A stretch of 64,000 bases of DNA from the NCBI GenBank assembly GCA_050246875.1, contig JBFWVF010000005.1, positions 192,212 to 256,211 of the forward strand, given 5' to 3'. The DNA is from Alphaproteobacteria bacterium (GTDB lineage: Bacteria; Pseudomonadota; Alphaproteobacteria; UBA6615). The position numbers and the translations under genes were made by a program. A model generated the notes under the pieces. It saw only the letters and a list, made by a program, of their open reading frames with translations. It did not search any database and was not told the origin of the DNA. Each line of letters begins with the position of its first letter. Within the stretch, counting starts at the first letter, position 1. Below are positions 52,575-62,719 of the stretch, in pieces.

Positions 52575-53276
52575 CTAGTCATCCGGCACCAGCAAGCGGT
52601 AGCCAACCCCGGGCTCATTGCCGATGAACCGCGGGGCGGCGGGATCGTCGCCCAGCTTCTGCCTCAGGTGGCCGATGTAGACACGCAGGTAGTGGGTCTC
52701 TGTTTCGTGCGCCGGGCCCCATACCTCCCGCAACATGTGCCGATGGGTGACGATGCGGCCAGCATGCTGGGCGAGGAGGCGTAGCACGTCGAACTCCTTG
52801 CGCGACAGCTTCACGTCGTGGCCGGCAACAGTGACGCGGCGACGCGCCAGATCGATGCGCAGGTCGCCCGCATCTATTTGCGACGGCGGACTCGGAACGT
52901 CCGGGCGTCGCGTGCGCAGCGCCGCGCGAGCCCGTGCCAGCAGTTCGGCGATGCCGAACGGCTTTGTAATGTAGTCGTTGGCACCGCGGTCGAGCGCCGC
53001 CACCTTCTCGGCTTCACCCGCGCGTACGGACAGCACGACAATTGGCACATCCGACCATTCGCGGATTTGGGATATGACCTCCTGTCCGTCGATGTCCGGC
53101 AGGCCGAGGTCGAGGACGACAAGGTCCGGCCGCTCGGTCGCGCATTTCGCGATGGCATCCTGGCCGCGAACTGCTTCGACGATGTCGTAGCCGTGCGCGG
53201 CGAGACTGATGCGCAGAAACTTCCGGATCTGCGGTTCATCGTCCACGATCAGGATGCGCGATTTCCGTTCGCTCAC
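52575..53276 (-). CDS. kdpE: Response regulator KdpE (OmpR family)
   Basis: RILIVDDEPQIRKFL receiver + winged-helix (…YLRVYIGHLRQKLGDD…). Start uncertain (GTG 53276 or ATG 53306/53303); overlaps the kdpD 3' end. Confidence 0.85.
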   Translation of the reverse strand: MSERKSRILIVDDEPQIRKFLRISLAAHGYDIVEAVRGQDAIAKCATERPDLVVLDLGLPDIDGQEVISQIREWSDVPIVVLSVRAGEAEKVAALDRGANDYITKPFGIAELLARARAALRTRRPDVPSPPSQIDAGDLRIDLARRRVTVAGHDVKLSRKEFDVLRLLAQHAGRIVTHRHMLREVWGPAHETETHYLRVYIGHLRQKLGDDPAAPRFIGNEPGVGYRLLVPDD

Positions 53277-55995
53277 CGTCGACCCTCTCCACCGCCTGAG
53301 CATCATCCCGGATCGTCGGCAATGGCTCCAGCGGCAACGTGAATTCGATCGTCGTGCCCTGATCGCCCGGCCCGACTCCCGCGACGATGGTACCGCCGTG
53401 CGCCTCGATCAGGCCACGGCAGATCGACAGGCCGAGGCCGGTACCTGCGGCCTGCCTGTCGCCGGCATGGACCCGATAGAACACGTCAAACACGGCCTCC
53501 CGAGATTCCGGAGGGATACCGCGCCCCTCGTCGGATACCCGGGTGACGAGGCTATCGCCCACTCGACGGGACGCGACAACAATCCGGCTTCCAGGCGGCG
53601 AATACTTAGCCGCGTTGTCGAGCAGATTGACCAGCACCTGCTCGATTAGCACCGGATCCACTTTCACCACCGGCAGATCGAAGGGAATGTCGATGTCGAC
53701 CCGGTGTCGCCGCAACAGCTTCTCCAGCCGCCGGGCGGCCCGACCGGCGATTTCGCGCAGGTCGGCCCATTCCTTGTTGGGCTGGAGCGCGCCATACCCC
53801 AGCCGCGTCATGTCGAGGAGGTTCTGGACGAAGCGGTTGAGGCGTTCGCCCTCGCCAAGGATGGTCTGCAGGAGCTCGTCACGGTCGGCATCGGATAACT
53901 TGTCTGAGTGGCTAGCGAGGCTGGTCGCCGAGCCGATGATCGCGACCAGGGGCGTACGCAAGTCGTGCGAGACAGACGACAGCAGGGCCGAACGTAGCCG
54001 TTCGGTCTCGGTGAGGATGCGCGCCTCCTCGATGTCGGTGGCGAGACGCGTACGCTCGATCGCGACTGCGACCTGGTCGACGAGAGCGTCTATGAGGCGG
54101 CGTTGCTCGGGGTCCAGGCTGGCCTGCCGCGACCGGTCTGCGAACGAGATGGCGAGCAAGCCGACGGGCCCGCGCTGGGTCTTGAGCGGAAGGAACTGCC
54201 AGTCGGCCGTCGGCAGCGTGTCCGAGCCCCAGCCGGTGACGAGGCCGTGCTGCCACGCCCATTCGGCGGCGCCTCGATCCTTCGAGGACAACGTGTCTTC
54301 CGGAGGAAACCCGGCGGCGATGTCGAGACTTTCTCCATCCTTCTGCATCAGCACCAACGCGTGGCATTGCAGCGTCGAGGCGACGTGATGAACGGCCGCC
54401 CACAGTACGTCGTCGAGCGACGCGGCGGCGACGATGCGGCGACTGAAGTCGAACAGGTTCGAGGTGCGGCGGGCCGCCGTCCGCATGGCCTCGACCTGTG
54501 CCTTGAGGCGCGCGGCGAGATTGCCGACGAGCACTGCGACGATGAGGAAGAACAGGATCGTCGACAGCTCGCCTTCATGCAGGACGTTGAATGTGTAGTA
54601 AGGCTCTGTGAATAGGAAGTTGTAGGTAAGGAAGCTGATCAGGCTGGCGTAGAGGGATGGCCACAGGCCGAACCGGATGGCGACGACCAGCACCCCCACC
54701 ACGAAGACGAGCGAGACGTTGGGCAGCGGCAGGTACGACCAGACGCCGAAGGCGGCGACGGACGCGGCGGCGATGATCGCCGTCGCCAGCCCGTAGGCCT
54801 TGGCATCGAGGCGCAGCGAGGGCTTGCCTGGCTCGATCCACTGGCCCGGCCCGTCCTCGGCCGCCGGCGCGACGATAGTGACCTCGAAGGAATCCGCCTT
54901 GCGCAGCAAGCGTTCCGCCACGTTCTCGCGGAAGAAAGCCGCCAGCCGGCGCTTGCGTGGCCGGCCAATGACCAGCCGCGTCACGTTGCGCGCCCGGGCG
55001 AAGCGCAGCAGCTCGTCCGCCATATCGGACTCGGCGTGCAGCGTGGTCGTCTCGGCGCCGAGGCTTTCGGCGAACCGCAATGCCTCGGCGATGCGGTCCT
55101 TCGCGTCGTTGGGCAGGCTCTCGTGGCCAGGCGTCTGCACGTAGGTCACGATCCACGGGATGCGCGCGCGGTCGGCCATCCGCCGAGCCGCCCGCACCAG
55201 CTGCTTCGAGACAGGCGATTCGTTGATGCAGACGAGAAGGCGATCCTGTGTCGGCCATGGCCCGGCAATGGCATGGGCGCGCATGAAGTTGATCATCTGC
55301 GCGTCGACCCGCTCGGCGGCGACGCGCATCGCCAGCTCGCGAAAGGCGGTGAGGTTGCCCTTGGAGAAGAAGTGCCGGATCGCACGCCCGATCTGATGGG
55401 CGACATAGACTTTGCCTTCGCGGAGCCGCTGGATGAGGTCGTCCGGCGGCAGGTCGATCAGCTCGATCTCGTCGGCGAGCTCCAGCACCTTGTCGGGAAC
55501 AGTCTCGCGCACCCTGACGCGTGAAATGCGGGCCACCACGTCGTTCAGGCTGTCGAGATGCTGGATGTTGAGCGTGGTATAAACGTCAATGCCGGCGGCC
55601 AGCAGCTCCTCGACATCCTGCCAGCGCTTGGCGTGGCGGGTGCCGGGCACATTGCTGTGGGCGAACTCGTCGACGATGGCGAGCTTCGGCCGTCGCTGCA
55701 GAACGGCGTCGATATCCATCTCGCCGAATACCCGGCCACGATAGAGGTGGCGCTTGCGCGGCAGGATGTCGAGGCCGTGCAGCAGCCGCTCGGTCTCGAC
55801 GCGACCATGCGTTTCTACGACGGCGACGACGACATCGATGCCCTCGCGCCGACGCTCCTGCGCGGCCTCGAGCATGGAATACGTCTTGCCCACGCCCGGA
55901 TAGGCGCCGAGGAAGACCTTCAGGCGGCCGCGACCTTCCTTCTTCGCCTCTTCGAGAAGAACGTCGGGTGCCGGCCGCTCCTGGTCGTCAGACAT
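53236..55995 (-). CDS. kdpD: Sensor histidine kinase KdpD
   Basis: 919 aa. N-terminal KdpD domain with P-loop (GAYPGVGKTYSML), Usp domain, 4 TM, GAF, HisKA (SHDLRTPL), HATPase. Confidence 0.92.
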   Translation of the reverse strand: MSDDQERPAPDVLLEEAKKEGRGRLKVFLGAYPGVGKTYSMLEAAQERRREGIDVVVAVVETHGRVETERLLHGLDILPRKRHLYRGRVFGEMDIDAVLQRRPKLAIVDEFAHSNVPGTRHAKRWQDVEELLAAGIDVYTTLNIQHLDSLNDVVARISRVRVRETVPDKVLELADEIELIDLPPDDLIQRLREGKVYVAHQIGRAIRHFFSKGNLTAFRELAMRVAAERVDAQMINFMRAHAIAGPWPTQDRLLVCINESPVSKQLVRAARRMADRARIPWIVTYVQTPGHESLPNDAKDRIAEALRFAESLGAETTTLHAESDMADELLRFARARNVTRLVIGRPRKRRLAAFFRENVAERLLRKADSFEVTIVAPAAEDGPGQWIEPGKPSLRLDAKAYGLATAIIAAASVAAFGVWSYLPLPNVSLVFVVGVLVVAIRFGLWPSLYASLISFLTYNFLFTEPYYTFNVLHEGELSTILFFLIVAVLVGNLAARLKAQVEAMRTAARRTSNLFDFSRRIVAAASLDDVLWAAVHHVASTLQCHALVLMQKDGESLDIAAGFPPEDTLSSKDRGAAEWAWQHGLVTGWGSDTLPTADWQFLPLKTQRGPVGLLAISFADRSRQASLDPEQRRLIDALVDQVAVAIERTRLATDIEEARILTETERLRSALLSSVSHDLRTPLVAIIGSATSLASHSDKLSDADRDELLQTILGEGERLNRFVQNLLDMTRLGYGALQPNKEWADLREIAGRAARRLEKLLRRHRVDIDIPFDLPVVKVDPVLIEQVLVNLLDNAAKYSPPGSRIVVASRRVGDSLVTRVSDEGRGIPPESREAVFDVFYRVHAGDRQAAGTGLGLSICRGLIEAHGGTIVAGVGPGDQGTTIEFTLPLEPLPTIRDDAQAVERVDGERTEIAHPDRGR

Positions 55996-56088
55996 TCCGT
56001 CCTGCCGTTGGCCGGCACGGCCCGCGAATCTCCGGCCGCACCGAAAGTGTACTCCCTCGGCCGATCGCCAGGCGCGCCGCGCGTGGCA

Positions 56089-56652
56089 TCACCGGCCGCG
56101 CCTGTCGAGTGCAAGGTTGAGCTCCAGAACGCTGACGATCCGCTCCGGCGTCACGATGCCGCCGGGCGAGAAGGCGTGCTGGTCGACCAGCCGCTCGACC
56201 TCGCCGACGGGCAACCCGCGGGCGTCGGCGACGCGCCGGGCCTGGTACAACGCCGCAGGCGCGGTGATGTGAGGATCGAGCCCGCCGCCGGATGCCGCCG
56301 CCAGATCGGCAGGCAGCGGCCGTTCCGGCGTGGCTTCGTAGCGGGCAACAAGCTCGCGTCCGCGCGCTGTCAGGTCGGCGCTCGTCGGCGACTTGTTGCT
56401 GCCGGCCGCGGCGGTCGCATCGTAGCCGGTCTTGCCGGCCGCCGAGGGGCGCGGCCAGAAGTAGCGCGGCTCGGTGAAGTTCTGGCCGACCAGGCGGCTG
56501 CCGACAATCCGCCCGTCGGCAGTCCTGATTAGCGAGCCGGCCGCCGTATCGGGAAAGAGCTGGGCAATGCCCAGGATCACTGACGCGTAGCCGGCGACAC
56601 AGATCAGCATGGTCGCGACGACGAGCCGGGCGCTGGCAATGAACATCGACAT
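56089..56652 (-). CDS. kdpC: K+-transporting ATPase subunit C
   Basis: N-terminal TM, …SLIRTADGRIVGSRLVGQNFTEPRYFWPRPSAAG…, …GGLDPHITAPAALYQ…, ELNLALD C-terminus = KdpC. Confidence 0.9.
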   Translation of the reverse strand: MSMFIASARLVVATMLICVAGYASVILGIAQLFPDTAAGSLIRTADGRIVGSRLVGQNFTEPRYFWPRPSAAGKTGYDATAAAGSNKSPTSADLTARGRELVARYEATPERPLPADLAAASGGGLDPHITAPAALYQARRVADARGLPVGEVERLVDQHAFSPGGIVTPERIVSVLELNLALDRRGR

Positions 56653-56671
56653 GGTTACACTCCTGCCTGCG

Positions 56672-58348
56672 CTAGTTCATGAAGGTGAAGTGCTCGGCGA
56701 GCGGTCCCAGTGCCGCCGCCGGAAAGAACGTCAGCGCACCGAACACGAGGATGGTGGCGATCAGCATGAGGGCGAATGTCGCGTCCTCGACGCCGAGCGT
56801 ACCGGCCGTCGTCGCCGCCCGCCGCTTTGTACCGAGCGAGCCCGCGATGGCCAGCGGCAGGATGATCGGAATGAAGCGCGCCAGCAGCATGACGATGCCG
56901 GTTGCCACGTTCCACGGCACCGTGTTGTCGCCCAGCCCTTCGAAGCCGGACCCGTTGTTGGCGCTGGCGGAGCTGAATTCGTAGAGCATCTCGCTGAAGC
57001 CGTGCGCGCCGACATTGTTGAGCGTTCCGGTGCCCCACGATGTCGCAGCGAAGAGTGCCGTGCCGCCGAGGATGAAGGCGGCATGGGCAACCAGCGCGAG
57101 AACGGCGAGCTTCACCTCGCCGGCCTCGACGCGCCGCCCCAGATACTCCGGGGTGCGGCCTACCATCATGCCGGCGAGGAACACGGCGACGATGATGTAC
57201 AGGAACATGTTGATCATGCCGACACCGACACCGCCGAACGTGGCGTTGAGCCACATGCCTATCATCGGCATCAATCCGGTCATCGGATTCAGGCTATCAT
57301 GCATGGCGCCGACCGAGCCGTTGCTGGTAGACGTCGTCAGCACGGCCCACAGCGGACCTGAGGCCGAGCCAAAGCGCAGCTCCTTGCCTTCGAGGTTGCC
57401 AACGCCCTGCTCGATGGGAAGCGCGGCAAAGGCCTCTGTCGGCGCAGATTCGAAATACACCGCGCCGCCGATCTTGGCGAGCAGCAGCACCAGCATGACG
57501 CCGAAGACCACGGCAGCATGGCGCGGGCGCCCGACGATCCGGCCGAACAGCCATACCGACGCCATCGGGATGAGGATGATCGCCACCATCGACAGCCCGT
57601 TGGTCCAGAAGGTCGGGTTCTCGAGCGGGTGCGTGCTGTTGGGACCGAAGAAGCCGCCGCCGTTGGTGCCGAGCTGCTTGATCGTCAAGAAGGCCGCCAC
57701 CGGACCGCGGGCGATGGTCTGCATCGCACCTTCCAGCGTCGTCACCACTGCCGCGCCGTCGAAGGTCATCGGCATGCCGCCGGCGACCATCAGCGTGGCG
57801 ACGACGAGGGCCAGCGGCAGCAGCACCAGGAAAGAGGCCCGCTGCAGGTCGACGAAGAAATTGCCGAGCGGTCGCCCGGCAAGGCCGCGGGCGAGTGCCG
57901 TCAACGCCGCGATGCCGGTCGCCGCCGAGACGAACTGCAGCCACATCAGGCCGCCGAGCTGCGAGAAATAGCTGAGCGTGCTTTCGCCCGAATAGTGCTG
58001 CAGGTTGGTGTTGGACGTGAAGGACGCCGCAGTGTTGAACGCGAGGCTGCCTTCGATCGGGCCCATGCCATCCGGATTGAGCGGCAGGTACTGCTGCAGG
58101 GCAAGGATGGCGTAGGTCACCGTGAACATCACGGCGTTGAATGCCAGCATCGCGAACACGTATGGCTTCCAGCCTTGCGACGCGCGGGTCAGCGGGCCGC
58201 CGACGGCCTGAAAGACGCGGGTCCAGCCGTCGGGCCCGGTCGCCGGCTGGTCGGGGTCCATGGCCCGCTTCATGTAACGGCCAAGCGGCCACGAAAGCAG
58301 CGCGGTGCCGCCTACAATAACGGCGACGAGAAGTACGGCGTTCAGCAT
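56672..58348 (-). CDS. kdpA: K+-transporting ATPase subunit A (channel-like subunit)
   Basis: KdpA hallmarks NTNLQHYSGESTLSYFSQ, GTNGGGFF, GNLEGKE, GRTPEYLG; 558 aa from MLNAVLLVAV. Confidence 0.92.
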   Translation of the reverse strand: MLNAVLLVAVIVGGTALLSWPLGRYMKRAMDPDQPATGPDGWTRVFQAVGGPLTRASQGWKPYVFAMLAFNAVMFTVTYAILALQQYLPLNPDGMGPIEGSLAFNTAASFTSNTNLQHYSGESTLSYFSQLGGLMWLQFVSAATGIAALTALARGLAGRPLGNFFVDLQRASFLVLLPLALVVATLMVAGGMPMTFDGAAVVTTLEGAMQTIARGPVAAFLTIKQLGTNGGGFFGPNSTHPLENPTFWTNGLSMVAIILIPMASVWLFGRIVGRPRHAAVVFGVMLVLLLAKIGGAVYFESAPTEAFAALPIEQGVGNLEGKELRFGSASGPLWAVLTTSTSNGSVGAMHDSLNPMTGLMPMIGMWLNATFGGVGVGMINMFLYIIVAVFLAGMMVGRTPEYLGRRVEAGEVKLAVLALVAHAAFILGGTALFAATSWGTGTLNNVGAHGFSEMLYEFSSASANNGSGFEGLGDNTVPWNVATGIVMLLARFIPIILPLAIAGSLGTKRRAATTAGTLGVEDATFALMLIATILVFGALTFFPAAALGPLAEHFTFMN

Positions 58349-58374
58349 AGGACGATCTCCAGCACGGCCGGCGT

Positions 58375-58455
58375 TCAGGTCCGGTCGACCGTCTCGGCAA
58401 GCACGAACAGCGCGCCGAAGACGGCGAGTCCGAGGAGCAGGTAGAGCCACAGCAT
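58375..58455 (-). CDS. Small hydrophobic peptide (26 aa) between kdpB and kdpA, possible second KdpF-like subunit
   Basis: ATG with RBS AAGGA 9 nt upstream. MLWLYLLLGLAVFGALFVLAETVDRT*. Single TM. Stop 24 nt before the kdpA ATG. Not in the ORF track (too short); read directly. Confidence 0.35.
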   Translation of the reverse strand: MLWLYLLLGLAVFGALFVLAETVDRT

Positions 58456-58473
58456 GGCGAGGATCCTTCTGGT

Positions 58474-60501
58474 CTAGACGAGTCCCAGCGACGCGATGAG
58501 CATGTCGATGAGCTTGATGCCGGCGAATGGCACGACGAGGCCGCCGACACCGTAGACCAGCAGGTTGCGCTGCAGCAGGGCGGCGGCACTCGATGGCGTG
58601 AAGCGGACGCCGCGCAGCGCCAGCGGGATGAGGGCGACGATGATCAGCGCGTTGAAGATGACCGCCGACAGGATCGCGCTCTCCGGGCTGGCGAGGTGCA
58701 TGATGTCGAGGGCGTCGAGCGATGGATAGGCGGCGACGAACATCGCCGGCAGGATGGCGAAGTACTTGGCCACGTCGTTTGCGATGGAGAACGTCGTCAG
58801 CGCGCCGCGGCTGATGAGCAGTTGCTTGCCGATCTGCACCACCTCCATCAGCTTGGTCGGGTCGCTGTCGAGGTCGACGATATTGGCGGCCTCCCGCGCA
58901 GCCTGGGTGCCGTCGTTCATGGCGACGCCGATGTCAGCCTGGGCCAGCGCAGGGGCGTCGTTGGTGCCGTCGCCGCACATCGCCACCATGCGTCCCTCCG
59001 CCTGCTCGCGGCGGATCCACTCGAGCTTCTTCTCCGGAGTGGCTTCGGCAAGGAAGTCGTCGACACCGGCCTCGGCCGCGATGGCGGCAGCGGTCAGCGC
59101 ATTGTCGCCCGTGATCATCACCGTGCGGATACCCATGCGGCGAAGCTGGGCGAAACGGTCGGCGATGCCGGGCTTGACGATGTCCTTGAGATGGACGACG
59201 CCGAGCACCCGGCGATCTCGGGCGACGAGGATCGGCGTGCCGCCGGAGCGTGCGATGTCCTCGACCGTGCGCTTGAGACCCATCGTCTCGGCCAGGTCGG
59301 CGTAGGTCAGTATGGCGTCCTCGGCACCCTTGCGGACCTCGCCATCGGCCAGGTCGGCGCCGCTCATGCGGATCTCGGCGCTGAAGGGGATGAATTTTCG
59401 TACCTGCGAGGCGTCGGGCGTCACGCCGTACTTGCGCTTCGCCAGCTCGACGATGGAGCGCCCTTCCGGCGTCTCGTCGCTGAGCGAGGCCAGCGCCGCA
59501 GCCTCGGCCAGTTCCTGCATGCCGACGCCACGCGACGGAATGAACTCGTCGGCCATGCGGTTGCCGAAGGTGATGGTGCCGGTCTTGTCGATGAGCAGCG
59601 TGTCGACGTTGCCGGCGGCCTCCACCGCGCGCCCCGACTTGGCGATGACGTTGGCCTGGACCAGTCGGTCCATGCCGGCGATGCCGATGGCCGACAACAG
59701 GCCGCCGATGGTCGTCGGGATCAGGGTGACGAGGAGTGCGATGAGGAAGACAACCGGAATTGCCGCGCCGGAATAGATGGCAAAAGGCTCCAGCGTGACC
59801 ACGACGATGAGGAAGATCAGGGTCATGCCGACCAGCAGGATGCTTAGCGCGACCTCGTTCGGCGTCTTCTGCCGTTGCGCGCCCTCCACCATGGCGATCA
59901 TGCGGTCGAGGAAGCTCTCCCCCGGCTTTGCCGTGACGCGCACCTTGAGCCAGTCCGATACCACCCGCGTCCCGCCGGTGACGGCCGAGCGGTCGCCCCC
60001 GCTCTCGCGGATGACCGGCGCCGACTCACCAGTGATCGCCGCCTCGTCAACCGAGGCAATACCCTCGATGACCTCGCCGTCGGCCGGGATCAACTCGCCG
60101 GCTTCGACCAGCACGACATCGCCGCTGCGCAGCTCGCTGCTGCGCACCGTTTCGTGACCGTCGCCGGCGGGCGCGCCGAGGCGCCTGGCCATCGTCTCCC
60201 GGTGCGTCTCGCGCAGACTGTCGGCGCGCGCCTTGCCTCGGCCTTCGGCGACAGCCTCGGCGAAGTTGGCGAACAGCACCGTGAACCACAGCCAGGCGGC
60301 GATCTGGCCGATGATGCCGGCATCGGCAGCGCCGAACAGATCGCGCAGGAATGCCAGCGTCGCCAGCACTGCGACGACCTCGACGACGAACATCACCGGA
60401 TTGCGGACTAGCGTGCGCGGATCAAGCTTGCGCACGGAAACCGATAGCGCCTGCAGCACCAGTGCACGGTCGAGCAGGACTATGCTTCGGGACTTGAGCA
60501 T
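58474..60501 (-). CDS. kdpB: K+-transporting P-type ATPase subunit B
   Basis: [11 protein letters not shown] phosphorylation motif, [15 protein letters not shown]; 675 aa from [11 protein letters not shown]. Confidence 0.92.
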   Translation of the reverse strand: MLKSRSIVLLDRALVLQALSVSVRKLDPRTLVRNPVMFVVEVVAVLATLAFLRDLFGAADAGIIGQIAAWLWFTVLFANFAEAVAEGRGKARADSLRETHRETMARRLGAPAGDGHETVRSSELRSGDVVLVEAGELIPADGEVIEGIASVDEAAITGESAPVIRESGGDRSAVTGGTRVVSDWLKVRVTAKPGESFLDRMIAMVEGAQRQKTPNEVALSILLVGMTLIFLIVVVTLEPFAIYSGAAIPVVFLIALLVTLIPTTIGGLLSAIGIAGMDRLVQANVIAKSGRAVEAAGNVDTLLIDKTGTITFGNRMADEFIPSRGVGMQELAEAAALASLSDETPEGRSIVELAKRKYGVTPDASQVRKFIPFSAEIRMSGADLADGEVRKGAEDAILTYADLAETMGLKRTVEDIARSGGTPILVARDRRVLGVVHLKDIVKPGIADRFAQLRRMGIRTVMITGDNALTAAAIAAEAGVDDFLAEATPEKKLEWIRREQAEGRMVAMCGDGTNDAPALAQADIGVAMNDGTQAAREAANIVDLDSDPTKLMEVVQIGKQLLISRGALTTFSIANDVAKYFAILPAMFVAAYPSLDALDIMHLASPESAILSAVIFNALIIVALIPLALRGVRFTPSSAAALLQRNLLVYGVGGLVVPFAGIKLIDMLIASLGLV

Positions 60502-60591
60502 TGTTCGATCTCCACGCGGAACAGGTGGCGGCGATTGCGGCGCTGCACCCGGCGGGTCTGGTATTGCGCGCCGGCGGTCGCGCACGGGTCG

Positions 60592-60681
60592 CTAGAACTG
60601 CTCCGGCCGGAGCAGCGCATAAAGCAGGTAGCCAAGCAGCAGCAGCGCAACTCCGCCGCCGATCAGGAATTCGAGTGTCAT
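60592..60681 (-). CDS. kdpF: K+-transporting ATPase subunit F
   Basis: 29-aa MTLEFLIGGGVALLLLGYLLYALLRPEQF* matches the KdpF consensus (…LLGYLxYALxxPExF). Not in the ORF track; read directly. Confidence 0.7.
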   Translation of the reverse strand: MTLEFLIGGGVALLLLGYLLYALLRPEQF

Positions 60682-60967
60682 GGCCTTACCTCACCTCCGC
60701 GCTCCGCCACGCCGCACCGAGTAACCACCCCGATCGACAAGGGCGGTGCCGACTTGGCGAAGTTGCTTCCCTTGCTGCGTGCAAACATTCGATATGAAGA
60801 AGACTTTGCCTCGAAAAGTGCGGCGCGAGCTGACATGGATCAATCGCGGAGAAATCTATAGGCTGTTTTGTGAAGTTCCTCCCAAGCGGCACAAGGAACA
60901 TGTTGCCAAATCCCATAAAAGTGCCATGCCTGTTGCTTGCGACTGCCGTAAAGAATGCATCAATTCT

Positions 60968-61996
60968 TTATGCAATTTTTATACGGTCCGGCGCCCAAGC
61001 GGCTTCTCGCCCGTCTGGACAAGATGGCGGCCTGCCGCCGCGATCGTCAGCCCAAGGCCGCGATTGTGCGGCGGGCTCGCAGGACGGCTGTCGGAGCAGC
61101 CCCATGCGGACCAGCACCTCGGCGACCTCGATCCGAGTCGCCGCCGCAGGTTCACACAATGGCAACCGCATTTCGGGGCGCATCCGCCCGAGCAGACTCA
61201 GCGCGAACTTCACGGGGATCGGATTGGCTTCGGTCGCGAGCGCACGCACCAAGGGCACCAGCGACGCCCCTATGGTACGCGCCTCGCCATAGTAGTCGCC
61301 GCGGCGACAGGCCGCGTCCAGCTTCGCGCATTCGCCGGGCACGACGTTGGCGAGAACGGAAATGCAGCCGTTGCCGCCTTTCATCATGAAGTCGAGGGCG
61401 GTCGCATCGTCGCCGCTGAACAGACGGAACGCCTCGCCGAGTTGACGGCGCAGATGCAACGCACGCTCCGGCCGTCCGGTTGCGTCCTTGAAGCCGACGA
61501 TCCGAGGTAACTGGGCGAGGCGCTGGAGTGTATCGGCCGTCAGTGTGACGCCGGTTCGCGCCGGCACGTCGTAGAGCAGGATGGGTATCGAAGTCGCCGC
61601 GTGGACAGCCTCGAAATGGCGGAAGATGCCCTCCTGCGGCGGCCGATTGTAGTAGGGCGTCACCACGAGCAGGCCATCAGCACCGGCCCGTTCGGCCCGT
61701 CGCGCGAGTTCGACGGCGTGCGCGGTCTCACTGGATCCGGCGCCGGCGATGACCGGCACGCGTCCATTGACCGCTTTGACCGCGAGCACGATGGTGCGCG
61801 ACTGCTCGACCGCGCTCAGTGTCGGCGCTTCGCCGGTGGTGCCGTTGACGACCAGCGCGGCGATGCCGCTGTCGACCTGCCACCGGCAGAATTCGACGAA
61901 GGCGGGCTCGTCGATGTGGCCCTGGGCGAATGGCGTCGGCGCCGCGCTGACATGGCCAGTCAACGTGTCGATGGGGAGGCGTTGTCGGTCGGTCAT
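60968..61996 (-). CDS. Dihydrodipicolinate synthase (DapA/NAL) family lyase with ~45-aa C-terminal extension
   Basis: …ALVVNGTTGEAPTLS…, …GVTPYYNRP…, Schiff-base Lys region (GFKDATG); TIM-barrel class I aldolase. Confidence 0.75.
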   Translation of the reverse strand: MTDRQRLPIDTLTGHVSAAPTPFAQGHIDEPAFVEFCRWQVDSGIAALVVNGTTGEAPTLSAVEQSRTIVLAVKAVNGRVPVIAGAGSSETAHAVELARRAERAGADGLLVVTPYYNRPPQEGIFRHFEAVHAATSIPILLYDVPARTGVTLTADTLQRLAQLPRIVGFKDATGRPERALHLRRQLGEAFRLFSGDDATALDFMMKGGNGCISVLANVVPGECAKLDAACRRGDYYGEARTIGASLVPLVRALATEANPIPVKFALSLLGRMRPEMRLPLCEPAAATRIEVAEVLVRMGLLRQPSCEPAAQSRPWADDRGGRPPSCPDGREAAWAPDRIKIA

Positions 61997-62004
61997 GGTC
62001 AGCC

Positions 62005-62469
62005 TCACGCGGCATGCGCGAGGGCGGGCCGCTTTCGCGCGAAGCACAGGCCGCTGCCGTCCGACAGCCGCTGCGTCATCCATGTCAGGCCGAAACCGTA
62101 TTCGGCCAGCAGCCGACGCAACCGGCATAGCCGCCCGGAGGACAGATGGCCGGCGAGGCGCAGTACAACCCGGCTGCCGGCACGCATCGTCCGACCAAGC
62201 GATCCGAGGGCACGGCGCAGATCGGGCTCGCGGCGGGGATCGACGATGATCAGCAGGTCGGCCGGCGCCGCCGGGTCATGGGGTCCGCCCTGCGGGGCCC
62301 GGCACGCGGCACGAGCGACGCCGCGGCGGCACAGTGCCGCCAGCAGGTCGATCTGGCCGGTGCCGACGATGGTGACCGCCTGACCGGGCGTCGTCGCGCA
62401 GGCGTCGACCAGTTCTTCGCAGACGCCGGCCCGGCAATGCTCAGGCGAACGGGGTGATGTCGGGCGCAT
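62005..62469 (-). CDS. Hypothetical protein
   Basis: 154 aa from the internal ATG; …QAVTIVGTGQIDLLAALCRRG…LLIIVDP… weak Rossmann-like segment, no confident family. Confidence 0.35.
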   Translation of the reverse strand: MRPTSPRSPEHCRAGVCEELVDACATTPGQAVTIVGTGQIDLLAALCRRGVARAACRAPQGGPHDPAAPADLLIIVDPRREPDLRRALGSLGRTMRAGSRVVLRLAGHLSSGRLCRLRRLLAEYGFGLTWMTQRLSDGSGLCFARKRPALAHAA

Positions 62470-62719
62470 GACTTCCTCCTGGCCCTGGCCGGGCCGGTTG
62501 TTTTCGTCGGAAGACAAGCTGGTGCGTGCCGCCATCAAGGTGCCATGACGGTTGCGCGGCAAGGGCGACAAATCCGAGCAAAACTTTTACGCGCCCTTGA
62601 CACGGGCGCGAACTCCGGCTGTGCAGGTTCTTATGCCGAAGCAGAGATGCGCGCCGACGAGCTACTCGATAAGAGTGACACGGGTAGCCAGCGGGTTTAG
62701 CGGCGCATCAGGATTCCGG

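Noticed and set aside
58456-58476. Adjacent GGATCC and TCTAGA restriction sites between kdpB and the micro-ORF (possible cloning scar)
   Set aside because: TCTAGA arises naturally from the kdpB stop codon (GTC TAG) and GGATCC is frequent in this GC-rich genome, so there is no real evidence of engineering.
60746-61510. 254-aa plus-strand ORF beginning in the kdp upstream region
   Set aside because: After ~70 AT-biased codons it continues antisense through the dapA-like gene with GC-rich low-complexity sequence. Not accepted as a CDS; the AT-rich start is noted as a finding only.
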